Assembly: GCF_009914755.1 (NCBI RefSeq) | Contig: NC_060943.1 | Length of the DNA: 64,000 nt | Direction: 5' to 3' (one strand) | Origin: the human T2T-CHM13v2.0 reference genome, Homo sapiens | Part shown: in pieces, positions 15,736 to 28,574 of the stretch | How the letters are laid out: each line of letters begins with the position of its first letter | Numbering within the stretch: the first letter of the stretch is position 1 | Translations under genes and position numbers: made by a program | The notes under the pieces: generated by a model | Told to the model about the DNA's origin: nothing | What the model saw: the letters and a program-made list of their open reading frames with translations, nothing else | The model's database searches: none

Positions 15736-16929
15736 ACATTGGGAAAAGGAAAGAGATGTTCCCAATATTTGTTCTCCCTCCTCCATCCTATACAGAGTCC
15801 CTTGCCTCCCTCTTTATTCCTCCCACGTGTTTACTTGTGGAGATTTATGCAGACTCACCCCTGACCCAGGGGATGGCAGTATCAGACTCACCATCGGAAG
15901 GTTTGGTTAATCACCTGATATTTCTCCAAAGGCACTTGACATAAAACAAAACAAATCAAATGCACAAATCATGTCATATATAAAACAAAAATGAGCACCA
16001 TAAAAATGGAGAAAAAAATGTAAGCTACAATGCATACTAACTTTAACCTATAAATAAGACCAGGGCTATTTTCTGATCCTCTTTTGCAATGAGAGCTATT
16101 GCAAAATGCAGAAAGAAACTTAAAATAATAGCAATTTAAGGCAAAGTGTGTGTTATTAAAAGTTTGTGATGTTGAAGAGCCAAACTCCTATTCCAGTATT
16201 GAGATTTAATATGTACTTCATACAAAAATAAATCATGTAATATTTTCATGGCAGGCATAGAATTTTATGGCTTTTATGACTATCATGGAATTGGGATTCA
16301 TATTTTATAGACAGCTCTAATAACATCAAGAAAATGCTCTGGGAGAAATGGGGGCTTAGAGAAAGACGAGTGATCACTCAACAGAAGCTGGAATCAAGCG
16401 TAATTAAAGCCCAAAAGTAAGGATGCGTCTCCACTCCATGGGTTCGAGGCAGGGCCCAGGCAGGAAGAGTGGGGTGTGGGAAGATAGTGGCTCCATGGAG
16501 AGTGATCTTGGCAAAATAGGACTCCCCTGGTGCTGACTTACTTGATCCTGCAAATGTCCACTACGGAGGTAGGAGGGCAGGCAGAATAACTTACTCAAGA
16601 CATGAATACATTAGGAAGGATACTCTCACATTTGATTTCCTGGATATCTAACCATCCTCAGCAGGGGAATAGGCTCCATTTTTTGCAGGGGGCAGATGCA
16701 ATTGTGGAGGGGGACCCTAGGACCCCCTACCTCACTCACCCATCATCCCAGCAGGCTTCTGTTTCCTTGCAGCAGGACTGTCTGAGAAATTAAGGTAGCC
16801 AAAAATAATCTAACAGCAACCACCAGTTGTCAGGTGATTTGCTGAGCTTTGCAGGGATGGTCTAGATGAAGTCTCATAGCCATTCCATGAGGTGGAGAAC
16901 TGGACGTACCGCTCTGTCTTCCCCACCTG

Positions 16930-17300
16930 GGCACTAGCTCCCTGAATGCTGTGCTGATTGGTAAGCACAGTGGAGGACCTATGTCCTCGATGAGCTAAGC
17001 TTTGACACATGATTCTAGAACTCCTTTCCCCTCTGAGGCACAGATTGCAAAATAACTTCTAGTCCTGGGGTAGGCTGACCCCTTATTCCAGCTGCAGGTA
17101 GACTCTGACTCCTGTCCCGTCTCACCACTCGGCCCAGGCAGACCCCCCAGTGCAGTCCTGAGGCAAGTACAGCAGTGGTCCAAAGTGACACCAGAGACCT
17201 GTGCCATGGCCACCCCGCATCTGTCTACAAAGGATGCCACCTTTCCATGATTCCTGGAAACCTTCCTTTCCATATCCTTTAGATGCACATTTCTCTTTTA
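16930..17300 (+). mobile_element. Gypsy pol relic F: RNase H
   Basis: One frame 16942-17121: LNAVLIGKHSGGPMSSMS*ALT...AQIAK*LLVLG*A...QVDSDSCPV (cf. LGAVLxQ...PVAYASKALT...YAQIEKELLA...VESDHKPL); then LQRM at 17225. Confidence 0.7.
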
Positions 17301-17330
17301 AGCTCATGATGTGCTGAGCTTGTCCCAAGT

Positions 17331-17530
17331 GGGTTCTAGACCCAACTCAATGGCTCTGTGACCTTGGGCAGGTCCCCTCATGCTTCCCGGTCCCAGTCAC
17401 CTCCCCTGTGAGAGGGGGATGACCTTCAGGCTCTTTGTCTTTGGGACATTGTTGTGGACTTCAAGGGTTAGCCAAAGTGAAAGCTCTCTGTAAATTGCAA
17501 TGTGCTTCAGGCATGAAGCGTCCACACATA
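17331..17530 (+). mobile_element. MIR
   Basis: ctctgtgaccttgggcaggtc core. Confidence 0.65.
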
Positions 17531-17609
17531 ATGACTTGAATTAAGTGTTCTTTTTATTTCTTTTTACAAATATAAACCCAGGCGAGCATAAGCCAGGCAG
17601 GGGGTGCAA

Positions 17610-17870
17610 AGCCGGAGTATGCATTTGGAAGCCTTCGCCTGGTGTTTCAGCCTCTCCATACCATTTCGGATGCAACTCCTCTGCCCACCGAATACTGCTG
17701 TGCATTGGCGAATGGTATTTTGCAGCAATATTTCTGCTCTGTTCTCAGAAATATGCGAGTCCTGCCTATTACAGCATCTGTAGAGACACACTAGGGAGGA
17801 AGCATTGGCTCCGAAGGGCTGAGAGCCAAGCAGTCCCCTTCCCTAAGCTGGGCCCTGGCCTGCCTTCCCA
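17610..17870 (+). mobile_element. Gypsy integrase relic G
   Basis: SASPYHFGCNSSAHRIL matches SxPYHPxSNGxAERxV without gaps (17647-17697). Confidence 0.5.
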
Positions 17871-19139
17871 TGTGGCACTCTTGTAAGGCCTGACCTCCTC
17901 ATAACCCTGGCCAGCAAGCTGTGATGAATGGGAGGTCATGGTCTCAGCAGAGGCGCTGGACACAAAGGACAGCAGTGGCCCTCATTCCCTGGGAACACAA
18001 GGATCACATATCCCCATAAGTTGAATTCTAGGAGAGATGGAGTCCTGGCTGGGCCCGGGGCCAGGGGTGTGGACTCTTCTAGAGGCTGCAGCCCCAGACC
18101 TCTACCTCCCCCAGATCCTGGCTCCTTCTAAATGGAGGAAGAGCTTTCAATGGCTGCCTGGGTGGTGCAGCTCTTTAGGATACTGGAAAACCTCTCTTTA
18201 AAGGTTCATGGTCATTTGCATTCTTATTAAATTGCTTGGATAAAATATTCAGCCACAACCCCCTCCATTTGACTCTTAACTTGATAAGACATAATTTGCA
18301 ATTGATTATTGCTCAAACATTCCTGGTACCACATTACGATCTGCTCATACATCTCACCCTCTCTCTGCCAATTTAGAATGAAGGAAAAATGGTTTCTCTG
18401 ACCTTTGACCTGTCTGAGGTGGGACTGTTAGGTCATTAGGGCCATTAGGAATCAAAACACCCCAGTCCATAGCCAACAGAGACAGAAATGGATGTGTGCA
18501 GCAATCAGCTGAGCTTATTTTTTTTTTCTTTTCTTCCTCTTGGTAAGATACAGGTATTTTTCAGAGTTGGAAGACGTCTCGAATAAATGAGCTTCGTATA
18601 TATATGCTTTTAATGTGATTTGCCTGTATTTATTTGGGTGATCACAATTTATGCCAAGTGAAAAGGTTAAGAGTCCTGGAAACTGAATTATTCCATTTAT
18701 TTGCAGACATGATACAGTGCAGGGCAGCAGAAGGGCTCATCCTCATCTTGCCCTGCCCCTGACCTCACCCCTGACCTGGAGATGGGCATCGCGGCTCTGC
18801 ACGGAGAGTCATCACCTTCAGGGGCTGGCTCAGGAGCCAGGCAAGTCCCCCAGGGCAGGCAGCAGTGTCCATCTGTCATGACTGACCTGAATAAGCTTTT
18901 ATTGAGTAGCTTCTGTGCACCCTCTTCTTCCTATCCCAGGGACCATTCTCCAGGCCTATACCCCTGTGAATTCCCCTTGAAGGGTTGGCCAATGAGTGGC
19001 ACCCATAATGGCTCATTTCTTCACTGCATTTCAGTTTGCAAACTTATCTTCCCCTGGGTTATTTCTTTGCACCCACATAAGAGCCTTCGAAAAATGCATG
19101 CAGGATTTAGCCCTCACTGCACAAGGGAACAGGGGCACA

Positions 19140-19210
19140 GTAAAATGTCCCACCTTGTTGGGGGGTGAGGTCTTGGGCCACGATTGATGGGCAGGAATAC
19201 AGGTCTTCCA
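19140..19210 (+). mobile_element. Gypsy RT C-terminal relic H
   Basis: KCPTLLGGEVLGH/IDG/GIQ (cf. KCxFxxxxVEFLGHxIDxxGIxP). Confidence 0.45.
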
Positions 19211-19809
19211 GACCCTGGCAGGGCACACTGTGCTTTCTCCCCAACCCTCAGCAGGGCCATCCCCCAGGGGCCCTCTAGCAGACAGTTTGCAGGCTTCTGA
19301 CTCCAAGGAAAAGCTCTCATGGTGAAGGAATAGCTTAATGGGAGCATTGGTTGGAGACAGAGTTTGAGGCTGTGGACTCCTCATGCCCCCACCATCACAC
19401 ACTCCTCCTGTGTGCTTAGCCATGCTTCAGGGCCGGAGCCAAGCCTCCTGCTTCCTCTTTGTGCCTGACCGTCCCTGGGCTGTGTCCTCTTGGCTTGCCT
19501 TCTCATCACTTTCAGATTACCCTGGAGTAATTGGATATTGGTAACCAATTACTGAATTTTTCACATCAGCTTCATCAGTGACTCAGACAACTGCACCACA
19601 GTTTCTTTCAATGAAGAGAAGAATTATAATAATTTGCATTAATGTTCTATGAGACGTGGAAAGCCAAGGTGCTTGGCCTGCCGAGTAGGGGAGGGTGGAA
19701 GCTGGAGGCTGGAGGCCTGGCCCTTGACGCAGGGGTGTCACCCCCCAGCCTCCCTGACTACACCCTAACCCTAAAGCTGTGGCCCTCTCTGCCCCTACCA
19801 GAGCACTCA

Positions 19810-20304
<495 letters not shown>

Positions 20305-20344
20305 GGCAATGGAAGGAAAGAGTGGGAAAGCTGAGGATGTAGAG

Positions 20345-20803
20345 GGAGTTGACCTCGCAGACCTGGGCATATTATCCCCGGGCCCACCTCGGAGGGCACT
20401 AGCAGACAGTCCTGCAAGCTCATGGCTTCCTGTGTCTGTGTTGGAGGGTTCTCTGGCCGAGGAAGTATGGGTGACCCATGCCCAGGGCAGACCAGAAATA
20501 GCATGGGGGTTAAACAGCCACGAGCAAGGATGACAGTTAGTGAATAAATACCCTGGCTTCTTCCCTCTCCGTGAGGCAGCTCCAGGGGCTGCTCCTCCCA
20601 GCCACTCAGAGGTTGCCCAGCAGGATCGGGCCCCAGTGGCCCATCCTGGCCACCTGCTCCTAAACTCACCCTTTGTTGGATTTCTTCTCTTCCCTAACTT
20701 GTCTCCCTACTTTTTCAACAGTGCTTCCTGGGATCCTCTCCCAAATCAACGCATTGCCCCCATATCCTTCTCTTAGGATTTGTTTCTGGAGAAACTTGAA
20801 AGA
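20345..20803 (+). mobile_element. LTR16-type ERVL solo LTR
   Basis: 3' end tgcttcctgggatcctctcccaaat...ccttctcttaggatttgtttctggagaa. Confidence 0.7.
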
Positions 20804-21554
20804 AGGCTGCTTTGCATGTCAAGTGCAAGGTGTTCCGGGTTGGGGTGGTATTGATTGACTGGATTGCTGGGAATTTTTCAGCCTTGGGAACGGCCTTCCC
20901 TTGGATGGGGCAGAGGCCCTGCAAGCCCACCTTCCCCTGATCCCACAGACTCCGCCTATCTGCTCTCCCCAAGCCCCCACGCAGCCCACACGTGCTCTGG
21001 GTGGTGGGCAGCCTGATTTATCTGGAGTGTCTGGGCTGAGGAAGGGAGGTGAGCACTTCTCGCTGGGAGGGATTTTCAGCTCATTTCACAGATAAAATCA
21101 ATCAGATCTAAACCACATTCATTGTGGCCATGAGAGGGGAGTCTACACAGCAGGGGCCAAATGGGAGATCCTTTCCTCCCTTCCCATCTGGCTCTGCCTT
21201 AGCCTGGGGGCAGCAGGAGCCCCAGGCCTCCAGGCTGTGGGAGGCACTGTTACCTTCCAGCAGTGCTGCTGCAGAGACACTGGTCTCTGCTCCAGAGTAA
21301 TTGGCATGGCCCTGACTTGGGAAACATGGACAAAAGACAGGGCTGCAGCTAGGGCATGGGGAAGAAGCCAGGCAGGTGGAAACCTTCCATCAGTCCCTCC
21401 AACATGGATTTTTTTCATTTTCTGGATGGTAAGTTAGCCGGGAACAAGAAGAAAGTGAGGGTATAACCACACGAGCATAAATGTACTAATTCCTTTTGCT
21501 TTCCTCCATGATACTGAATGGAAGAAAGGAGTAGCAGAAGTTGGATGGCTGCAT

Positions 21555-21870
21555 GGCAGTGCCTAGAAGCTGCCCTGCTGGGCTGTCTGAGGCCTTCGGC
21601 TGTTGAGTGGTGGGGATTTCTCTGTGTTTTCCAATTGTCCTCATTGAGGAAAAATGTTGGGCCATCCAGCTCCTTTCTAGATGGCTTGAGGTCAGTCCTG
21701 CAGCTCAGGAATGGCATGAACTTGGACCCCTGTTAAGACTTGCGTCTCCCTGCCTGATCTCTCAGCATTGTCCACCCATGGAACTTAAACATCTGGAACA
21801 TGTCTTTTCTCTCCTGTAGTTCAGTGTCCCCAAACAGTGCAGCAACTCCAACCAAGCAACTCAGGAGGCT
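21555..21870 (+). mobile_element. Gypsy relic I: RT N-terminus joined to integrase core (internal deletion)
   Basis: QCLEAALLGCLRPSAVEW, FPIVLIEEKCWAIQL, then LSRWLEV and LKHLEHVFSLL*FSVPKQCSNSNQATQ. Confidence 0.6.
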
Positions 21871-22179
21871 GAGAGAGCAGGCACCCCATTTCCTCCTCCA
21901 GTTGGAGGATGACAGCCTTGGTCTCATTCCATTTTCCAAGCTGCTTGCATGTGGGAGGGAGACCACTGCTTCTGTATGAACGGTTTTCTCTATAGTTTCT
22001 TTATAGACCCAGATGGGCTAGGTTGGAAAGGCCAGTATCTCCTGCAAGTGTCTCCTGTTCTCATCTAGGGAAACAACTGTGCTTTGTAACTTGCACGTGA
22101 GGGGCCAGGATTAGTGACCTTGAAGGCAACAGGCCAGTGAGTATGCAGGGAGTGAGCTCCAGCTGCCTGTCCAGCGTCC

Positions 22180-22605
22180 ATGACCTTTCTTCTAGTACCA
22201 GTACCCTGGTTTATTCTACAGAACCATCGCTTCCCCTTCCACTTCATGTATTTCATCTGGACCACCCCAATCATGGTCAGATGACTTAAGCTACACCAAT
22301 CAGAACATATGGGTCTTTAAAGGCAACAATTGAAAGGGAGAAGTCATCTCTTTTCCAGTTGCTACAAAGATTAAAATGCAAGCCCAGTGCTCTGGCAGCC
22401 ATCTTGGCACCATGAGGCAAAGGTCTGCCTGAGAATGGAGCTGAGGCAGAGGGAAACAGAGCGAACAATGGAGAGAGACGGACTTGAATAACATTGTTTG
22501 AGATCAGGGCTCCAGATCTAGTCTTGGACTCATAATGTGAGCTTACAAATTCTTTTTTGCTTACACTAGTTTGATGTTAAGTATTCTTGTCATTTGTAAC
22601 TGGTC
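22180..22605 (+). mobile_element. MLT1 (old MaLR LTR)
   Basis: ggcagccatcttggcaccatgagg...ctgcctgagaatggagctga...ttcttgtcatttgtaac. Confidence 0.7.
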
Positions 22606-22669
22606 TACGGGCAAATACCCAAGGCTCAAAGGTAGCCCATCATATCCCCATCCATCCGTTTCAATGAAA

Positions 22670-23030
22670 TTTATTCCATTCAATTCAATTCAACTAACAT
22701 TTATTCAGCTCCTTTTAAGCCCTGTTCTAGATGCTGAGAAAACAAATCAGATTTTTATCCTTAAGGAGCTTATAGTCAAGAGCAGGAAGCAGAGACATTA
22801 GAAATTGCCTCCAATCTAAGGAAGCAGATACTCCAAATGTGCTCTTAAAAGAGTGCATACAAATGTACATATTAATTAATACATGCTAATTAGAAGCTGA
22901 ACACAGTATAGTGCAGGAACAGAGAGGGGTAGGAGATTAATTCTGACTAAAGAAACCTAAGAAGGCTCAAAGGAGGAGGCAGGCTTTAATCTTGGCTTTG
23001 AAGAATGAGTAGGACTTTGAGAAGAGAAGA
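22670..23030 (-). mobile_element. L2
   Basis: cattcaattcaactaacatttattcag...ccttaaggagcttatagtc. Confidence 0.7.
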
Positions 23031-23193
23031 ATGCATGAGTAAGTGAATTAATAACTGAATGCAACCTAGGTTTAAATTATCTGTCACGTGCATGGGTGCC
23101 TTGTGAAGCATTAGTAATGAAGAGGCTTTGCGTATAGGTTATGCCTGCTCCGGGCTTCCAATCTAGCGAAGAAGGTAATTCCTGCTGATTATT

Positions 23194-23512
<319 letters not shown>

Positions 23513-23559
23513 CCTGCTGATAATTTATAATGGAAAGTGGATCGTGTGGAAGAACGGCT

Positions 23560-23930
23560 TCCAGCTAGCAGCCTAGGAAAGGCATCCGGGGAAGGGAATG
23601 AAGAGGCGCCACTCATTCAGCGATGAAGTGGGTCATCCTAAGACTAGAGACCAGTCCTGGAAAATATTCAGAATTGGATAAATGAGAGAAATGGGAAATG
23701 GATGGCTACCTTGAGCTGGGACCTGACTGTGAGGAGGGAAGTAGTGTGTAAAGGGTCTCAGAGAGGCTTGAATGTTGGGCTAAGGATTGTGATGTTGTGT
23801 GATGGGTGAAGGGAAGCCACTGGAGACAGTGACCCTGAGCATGATGCCAGAGTCTTATCTGGGAAGATTTGTCTGTGCAGGGGAGAAGGAGAAATCGAGT
23901 GAAGGAAGGCTGAACTCTTGAATGCAAGTA
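23560..23930 (-). mobile_element. L2 fragment
   Basis: gaggcttgaatgttgggctaagga...gggaagccactggag. Confidence 0.55.
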
Positions 23931-23939
23931 GGAGAAACC

Positions 23940-24330
23940 CAAGCCGGACTGGACATTCAGTATCAGGGAAAGAAGTGACATTGCTAGATATTCCTTGCCT
24001 GGGGCCTGGCTCAACACTGCAGCCTTTCCTTCACCAATGGCAGCCCAGATTTCTCTGCACAGTGGGTGGGAAATGCACCTCTCGGTGCTTCTGCTCACAT
24101 ATCCTTGTTTCAGCTCAAGAGAGAAAGGGATTCTCCCTGCTGTCCCAGTTTTCTATCATTCCGGAGAAGAGCACTGACAGGTTTTTCTTAGGTCTTGTGT
24201 CTACTTGCTGAGCAAGGAGAGGCTAGGATGGAGCATTAGTGATTAGCCCAGCTTGGGTCAAGTGACCACCTTTAGCCAGGACACAGCAACCAGGGATGAG
24301 GGGGTAGTCCTTACTGGAGCAAAGACTCCT
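23940..24330 (-). mobile_element. MLT1-type LTR
   Basis: gattagcccagcttgggtcaagtgaccacc motif. Confidence 0.55.
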
Positions 24331-26714
24331 CTCTCCCTAAAGTGACAAATCTCCCAGGCCTGGCTGCTGGGGAGGTTCGTGTGAGTCATGAATCCCTGGT
24401 TATTTGTGTCTGTTTCCTAGAGCTGGGCTTATTCTAGGAGGGACTAAGCGGGTCCTGAATGAGATTTATGGGAGGAGGGATAGAGAGAAGTAGAGGGTTA
24501 GGGAGGGGCAGGGAAGGTGGCAGTGTGGGTGAGTGATGAGCCCTTGGAACCTGGTGTCTCTCGCACCTTCCACATGAGCCATTCAAAGCCCGCGATGAAG
24601 CTGGGCATCTATGTCTGCTGCAGAGTCTCCAGGTACCTTGTTCACACCGGAGGGGGCTACAGCTTCTGCTATTTGCCTTTGGGCACCTAGCCCGGAACCT
24701 ACAATTTTAGGAGGGGAATGGAATACTCTTGTTAGTCTGTTCAATATTTTGTAATATGACTTGGATGTTACGTATTCTATTAACAAAGGTCATAAAGGAA
24801 AAATCACATTTAACGGGCTACCTCCTTATCTCATATGAGGCCATTCTCCGTGGAGAAATGGTGCTGTTTTAAACAGTAGGAGCCCTGGAGGAAAAGCTCA
24901 CCCATTTGGGTCCTAGGGCTAACATTCTTACAGCACACCAGCCGGAATTATCCCCTCCGTCTGAGGTACCAGCAATTAGGACAGCACCCCCAGCCGGGCC
25001 CCGAAACCTGGCTGAGAGACACATCAGATTAATACATCACCAGGTATGAAAGCGCAGTTAGAATTTGACTGAGGCACTTCCAGCCTGAGAAAGGGAACGA
25101 TTTATCAATGCAAACTTAATAACATCTATTTGAATCTAACTAAAAATCAATATTTCATTACCAAATTGTTAGTGAGAATGAAGAAAAATTGCGGAAGTCG
25201 GGCAGTTTGGTGCTAGGGAAGCGTCAGGAGTTCAATGTGAAGACGGAATGATTCATGAGGCCGCACCGGAGTAAGGGTGAACGAGGACGAGTGCGGAAAA
25301 CTTGGAGGGGCCCCCTCGCTCATGACCTTGGCCGTGACGGGGGGAGCACGAGAAAATGAGAGTGACTGTCAGTTCCCTTCAGGGATGGAGCCCTCCATAA
25401 ATCACAGGGAGAGGAGAAGAGCAGGCTGGGGTGGAGGTACACGAATGGGGGTGGCAATTTAACTCTTTGGACCCTGACATCTAAGTGGCGCTTCCCACGA
25501 TGGGAAGAACGAACCGAATGGGTAAAATCCAAGGGTTGGGGGAAGTGGTGCCTCGTGGTGAGTTTCTGCAAAACAGAGAAGAGAAGAAAGAGCTAGCCTG
25601 TGAAAGGTTGTCATCCACTAGATTCAGCTACACTCAAGACCAGCTCACCTTCCGTTCCCATCAGAAAAGTGGAAATGACAGCCTATGTCTTGTCTGACAT
25701 GAACATAAATCAGCGATTTGGAAGGTCTGTTCTAGGTGAGGGTTTGGTGAAGATTTTCACCCTGAATATATTGATCCGAAAATGCTGTGTAGTGCCATGA
25801 CTAGTGGCATTCATTCCCCATACGAATGAAGTCCTTGCATTCCTTCCCAAATCCGAGATGCGGATTAAACCTCAGGGCTTGCTGTTGCTTTGATTATTGA
25901 TCTCGTTCCATCCTGTGTTTGGTTTCACTGCTCTGGCCATGTTTTGCTGGCAAGACATTCAAAGAATATGCATTTGTCCTTTAGCAAGGAATGGAGGAGA
26001 ATCACATAAGATTTGACTCTTATATGTAATGCTCCATAAATTAAATTCGGGCCTCTGCTCACTTTATTCATTGAAGAGTTATGCATAGGGACCCAGCAGC
26101 ATGTCAGATGAACACCTCAGTGCCTATCTGCGTTTGAGAAATCATGGGAAAGGAGGTGTAGTTGGCCCTATTGGCCTAAATCTCAGGCACTAATTTCAGT
26201 AGAATTCCTTTTAAAAAGTGAGGGTTAGCCTCTCAGTCCCAAAAGAAAATGGGGTGTATTTTGACAGAAGATGGTAATGCACTGTTTTACTCAAACTTTT
26301 TTTTTTTAAATCAAAACTGGTCTGCATGGGATCCAAGGATTTAAAGATGTGTGGGGGGCATTAAGTAAGCTGGCATTGCCCTGGAAATATGATAGGAAAG
26401 GCAAGAAAAGTCTTCCACATCCGCTCTTTATGGGAATAAAACATGCTCTGGGTCACACTGTGAGAAAGGGTGGTGGGGTGTGTGGAGCTCCCAGAATTGA
26501 ATTTCTCAGCAGCTCAGGTTTCCTCTACTCACTGCTAGGAGTGACCCATGCTAGGCTACATTTCCCCCTTGAGAGCGGTCCCCAAGATCGGGAACCTGTT
26601 TAATCTTGTGAGTGTGGAGTTCCTTGTGACCCATCTTACCCTACCACTGGGACACATATGGCCTTATGCCTCACAGGAGCAAAGCTCTTACATCCCACAC
26701 GCAGTGGTCGTAAA

Positions 26715-26915
26715 ACATTCGGCAAACACTGTTTCAATGCTAGGAACCCTACTGAACTCTTCCATGAACTTCCTCATTTACAACTCTGTGAGATAGGTTC
26801 TATTACTGTTATCTCCACTGTACAGAAAGGAACTAGGAGTTAAGGAAATCAGGTGACCTGACCCAGCACAGACAGGAAGTGGCAGAGCAGGATTTGAGGC
26901 CCAGTTCACCCTCTT
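26715..26915 (-). mobile_element. MIR
   Basis: caactctgtgagataggt...gtggcagagcaggatttga. Confidence 0.75.
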
Positions 26916-26954
26916 GGCCCATTGCCCTCCCGCCCCCACTTGTGAAACTGCCAT

Positions 26955-27765
26955 GAGGTCCAGGCCAGGTGGTTTTGGCTGTGACAATGTCCTGGTTGTC
27001 TTGAACCTCTTTAATGGGATGCACTGTTGTCCTGAGTCAGTGTCCCATTGTTGTGTGAGCCAGCAGCCCATGTGGTGCCACACAACTGAACTGCTGTTGA
27101 GTGTCCCTGCTCATCTAGTTCACTATCTGCCATGGAGCCAGCACAACGATTGTTGCTGAGAGCCTTCAGGCCACTGCTTGTACACTGGCCCCAAATACAC
27201 ACTTGAATGACAAGGAGAGGAGTCCAAAAAAGAGAGTCGAGTTGCCATAGGCTCTGCCAAGCCACTTCTGAGTACATCTCAACAACTGAACGGCTGCCCA
27301 CCTCTGTGGCACGAGCAATCCCTCAGTTTATGGCATTTGCCCAAGCGCGTTCTGCAGAAATCAATGTCCGTGACGTGCTTCCCAGGATTTACATGCTGGG
27401 AGGATTTCCCCTGTGGGGTTTAAGGGCCAGTATCTCAGGGGTTGGCCCATCAGTGTTTGAAAATATGAGCTGGAGCGGACTCTGGAAATCAAGACAAGTG
27501 TACCTCTGAGAATATTATTTATAAAAGCCTTTTTCCAAACTTTAGAGTCTTGGTGCATTTTTTTTCAAGATGGCATCAATTGCCTGGCTAGGAATATGCA
27601 ATAGAGTCCCTGTAGAAATGACTTCCATTCATCCTCAGGGACCTGGCTGTGGGGAGCCTTTAGGGAAAGCAATAGGGATCCCCTATTGCTAAGGTATGGC
27701 ATCCAATGACTGGCACCAAGGGTGGTGACCATTGCTGAGAATTGGCTGTAGAATTCCCATTTACA
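26955..27765 (-). mobile_element. Gypsy RT relic D, antisense and nested in relic C
   Basis: Minus strand in order: MGILQPI/QWSPPLVPV, YTCLDF/APA/FQTLM, GLLSLSFKCVFG, VHPIKEVQ. Confidence 0.55.
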
Positions 27766-28574
27766 TTGATATCTTGACTTGCTAGCTGGACAGATAACTA
27801 TTTCAAAGTAGAAAAAAGCAGACAACACAGTAAGCATCGAATGAAATAATTTCAGCTCAAATGTCCTGACGTGCACAGGAGGCCAACACTAACAGGCAGA
27901 AACTTTTAACCGGCATGGGAGGGCAACACCACACACTAGCACAGCTCAGAATCAGCAGCTGCAACCCATCAACTCGTGGCTGAGCATGCTGCGGGAAGGG
28001 TTTTTGGGAAACTTGACCTTGTCCAAGCTTATCAACACCTGTCTGTCAATGATACTCTCTTGCACTCATCACTCACCAAGGGCCATTTTGAGCTAAGTGC
28101 CTTCGGTTGCAATACACAGAAATGTTTGGGAAAGTTTGGATGTGTTGGGTATCACTGAAGAAAAGAATATTTGAACCCAGGTCTCCCAGATCAGTGTCCA
28201 TAGGCTGCTATATCCACACGGAAGAAAGTATGTTTCTCATGTCTCATGTATGCATTGTGAAATGCTGCAGATAGCAAACAAAAATAAGTAATAGATGCAA
28301 AATGCTTACCCCAGGTCCTGGCACAAAATAAGTGATTGATATGCAACAGCAATAATAATTGCTTCATTATTCTCTAACTACTGCCTCTATTCCTACTAGT
28401 ACTTCTCCTGTAATTACTACTTCAAGTTAAGTCCAGGTTTGCTTCAGGGATCCTTATCTAAATTCACTGTGGCCTTCCACAACCAAAAAGGCTGCGCTTA
28501 AATGCTACACTTCATGATTTGTAGCATTTCACTCTAGATGGCTCTCTTGGTTTTAAGAATGAGGGGCATTCCAA

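Noticed and set aside
27976-28158. Domesticated Gypsy-derived gene
   Set aside because: The RT-like frame shifts and stops within ~40 codons; no intact YxDD or DDE set anywhere in the window.
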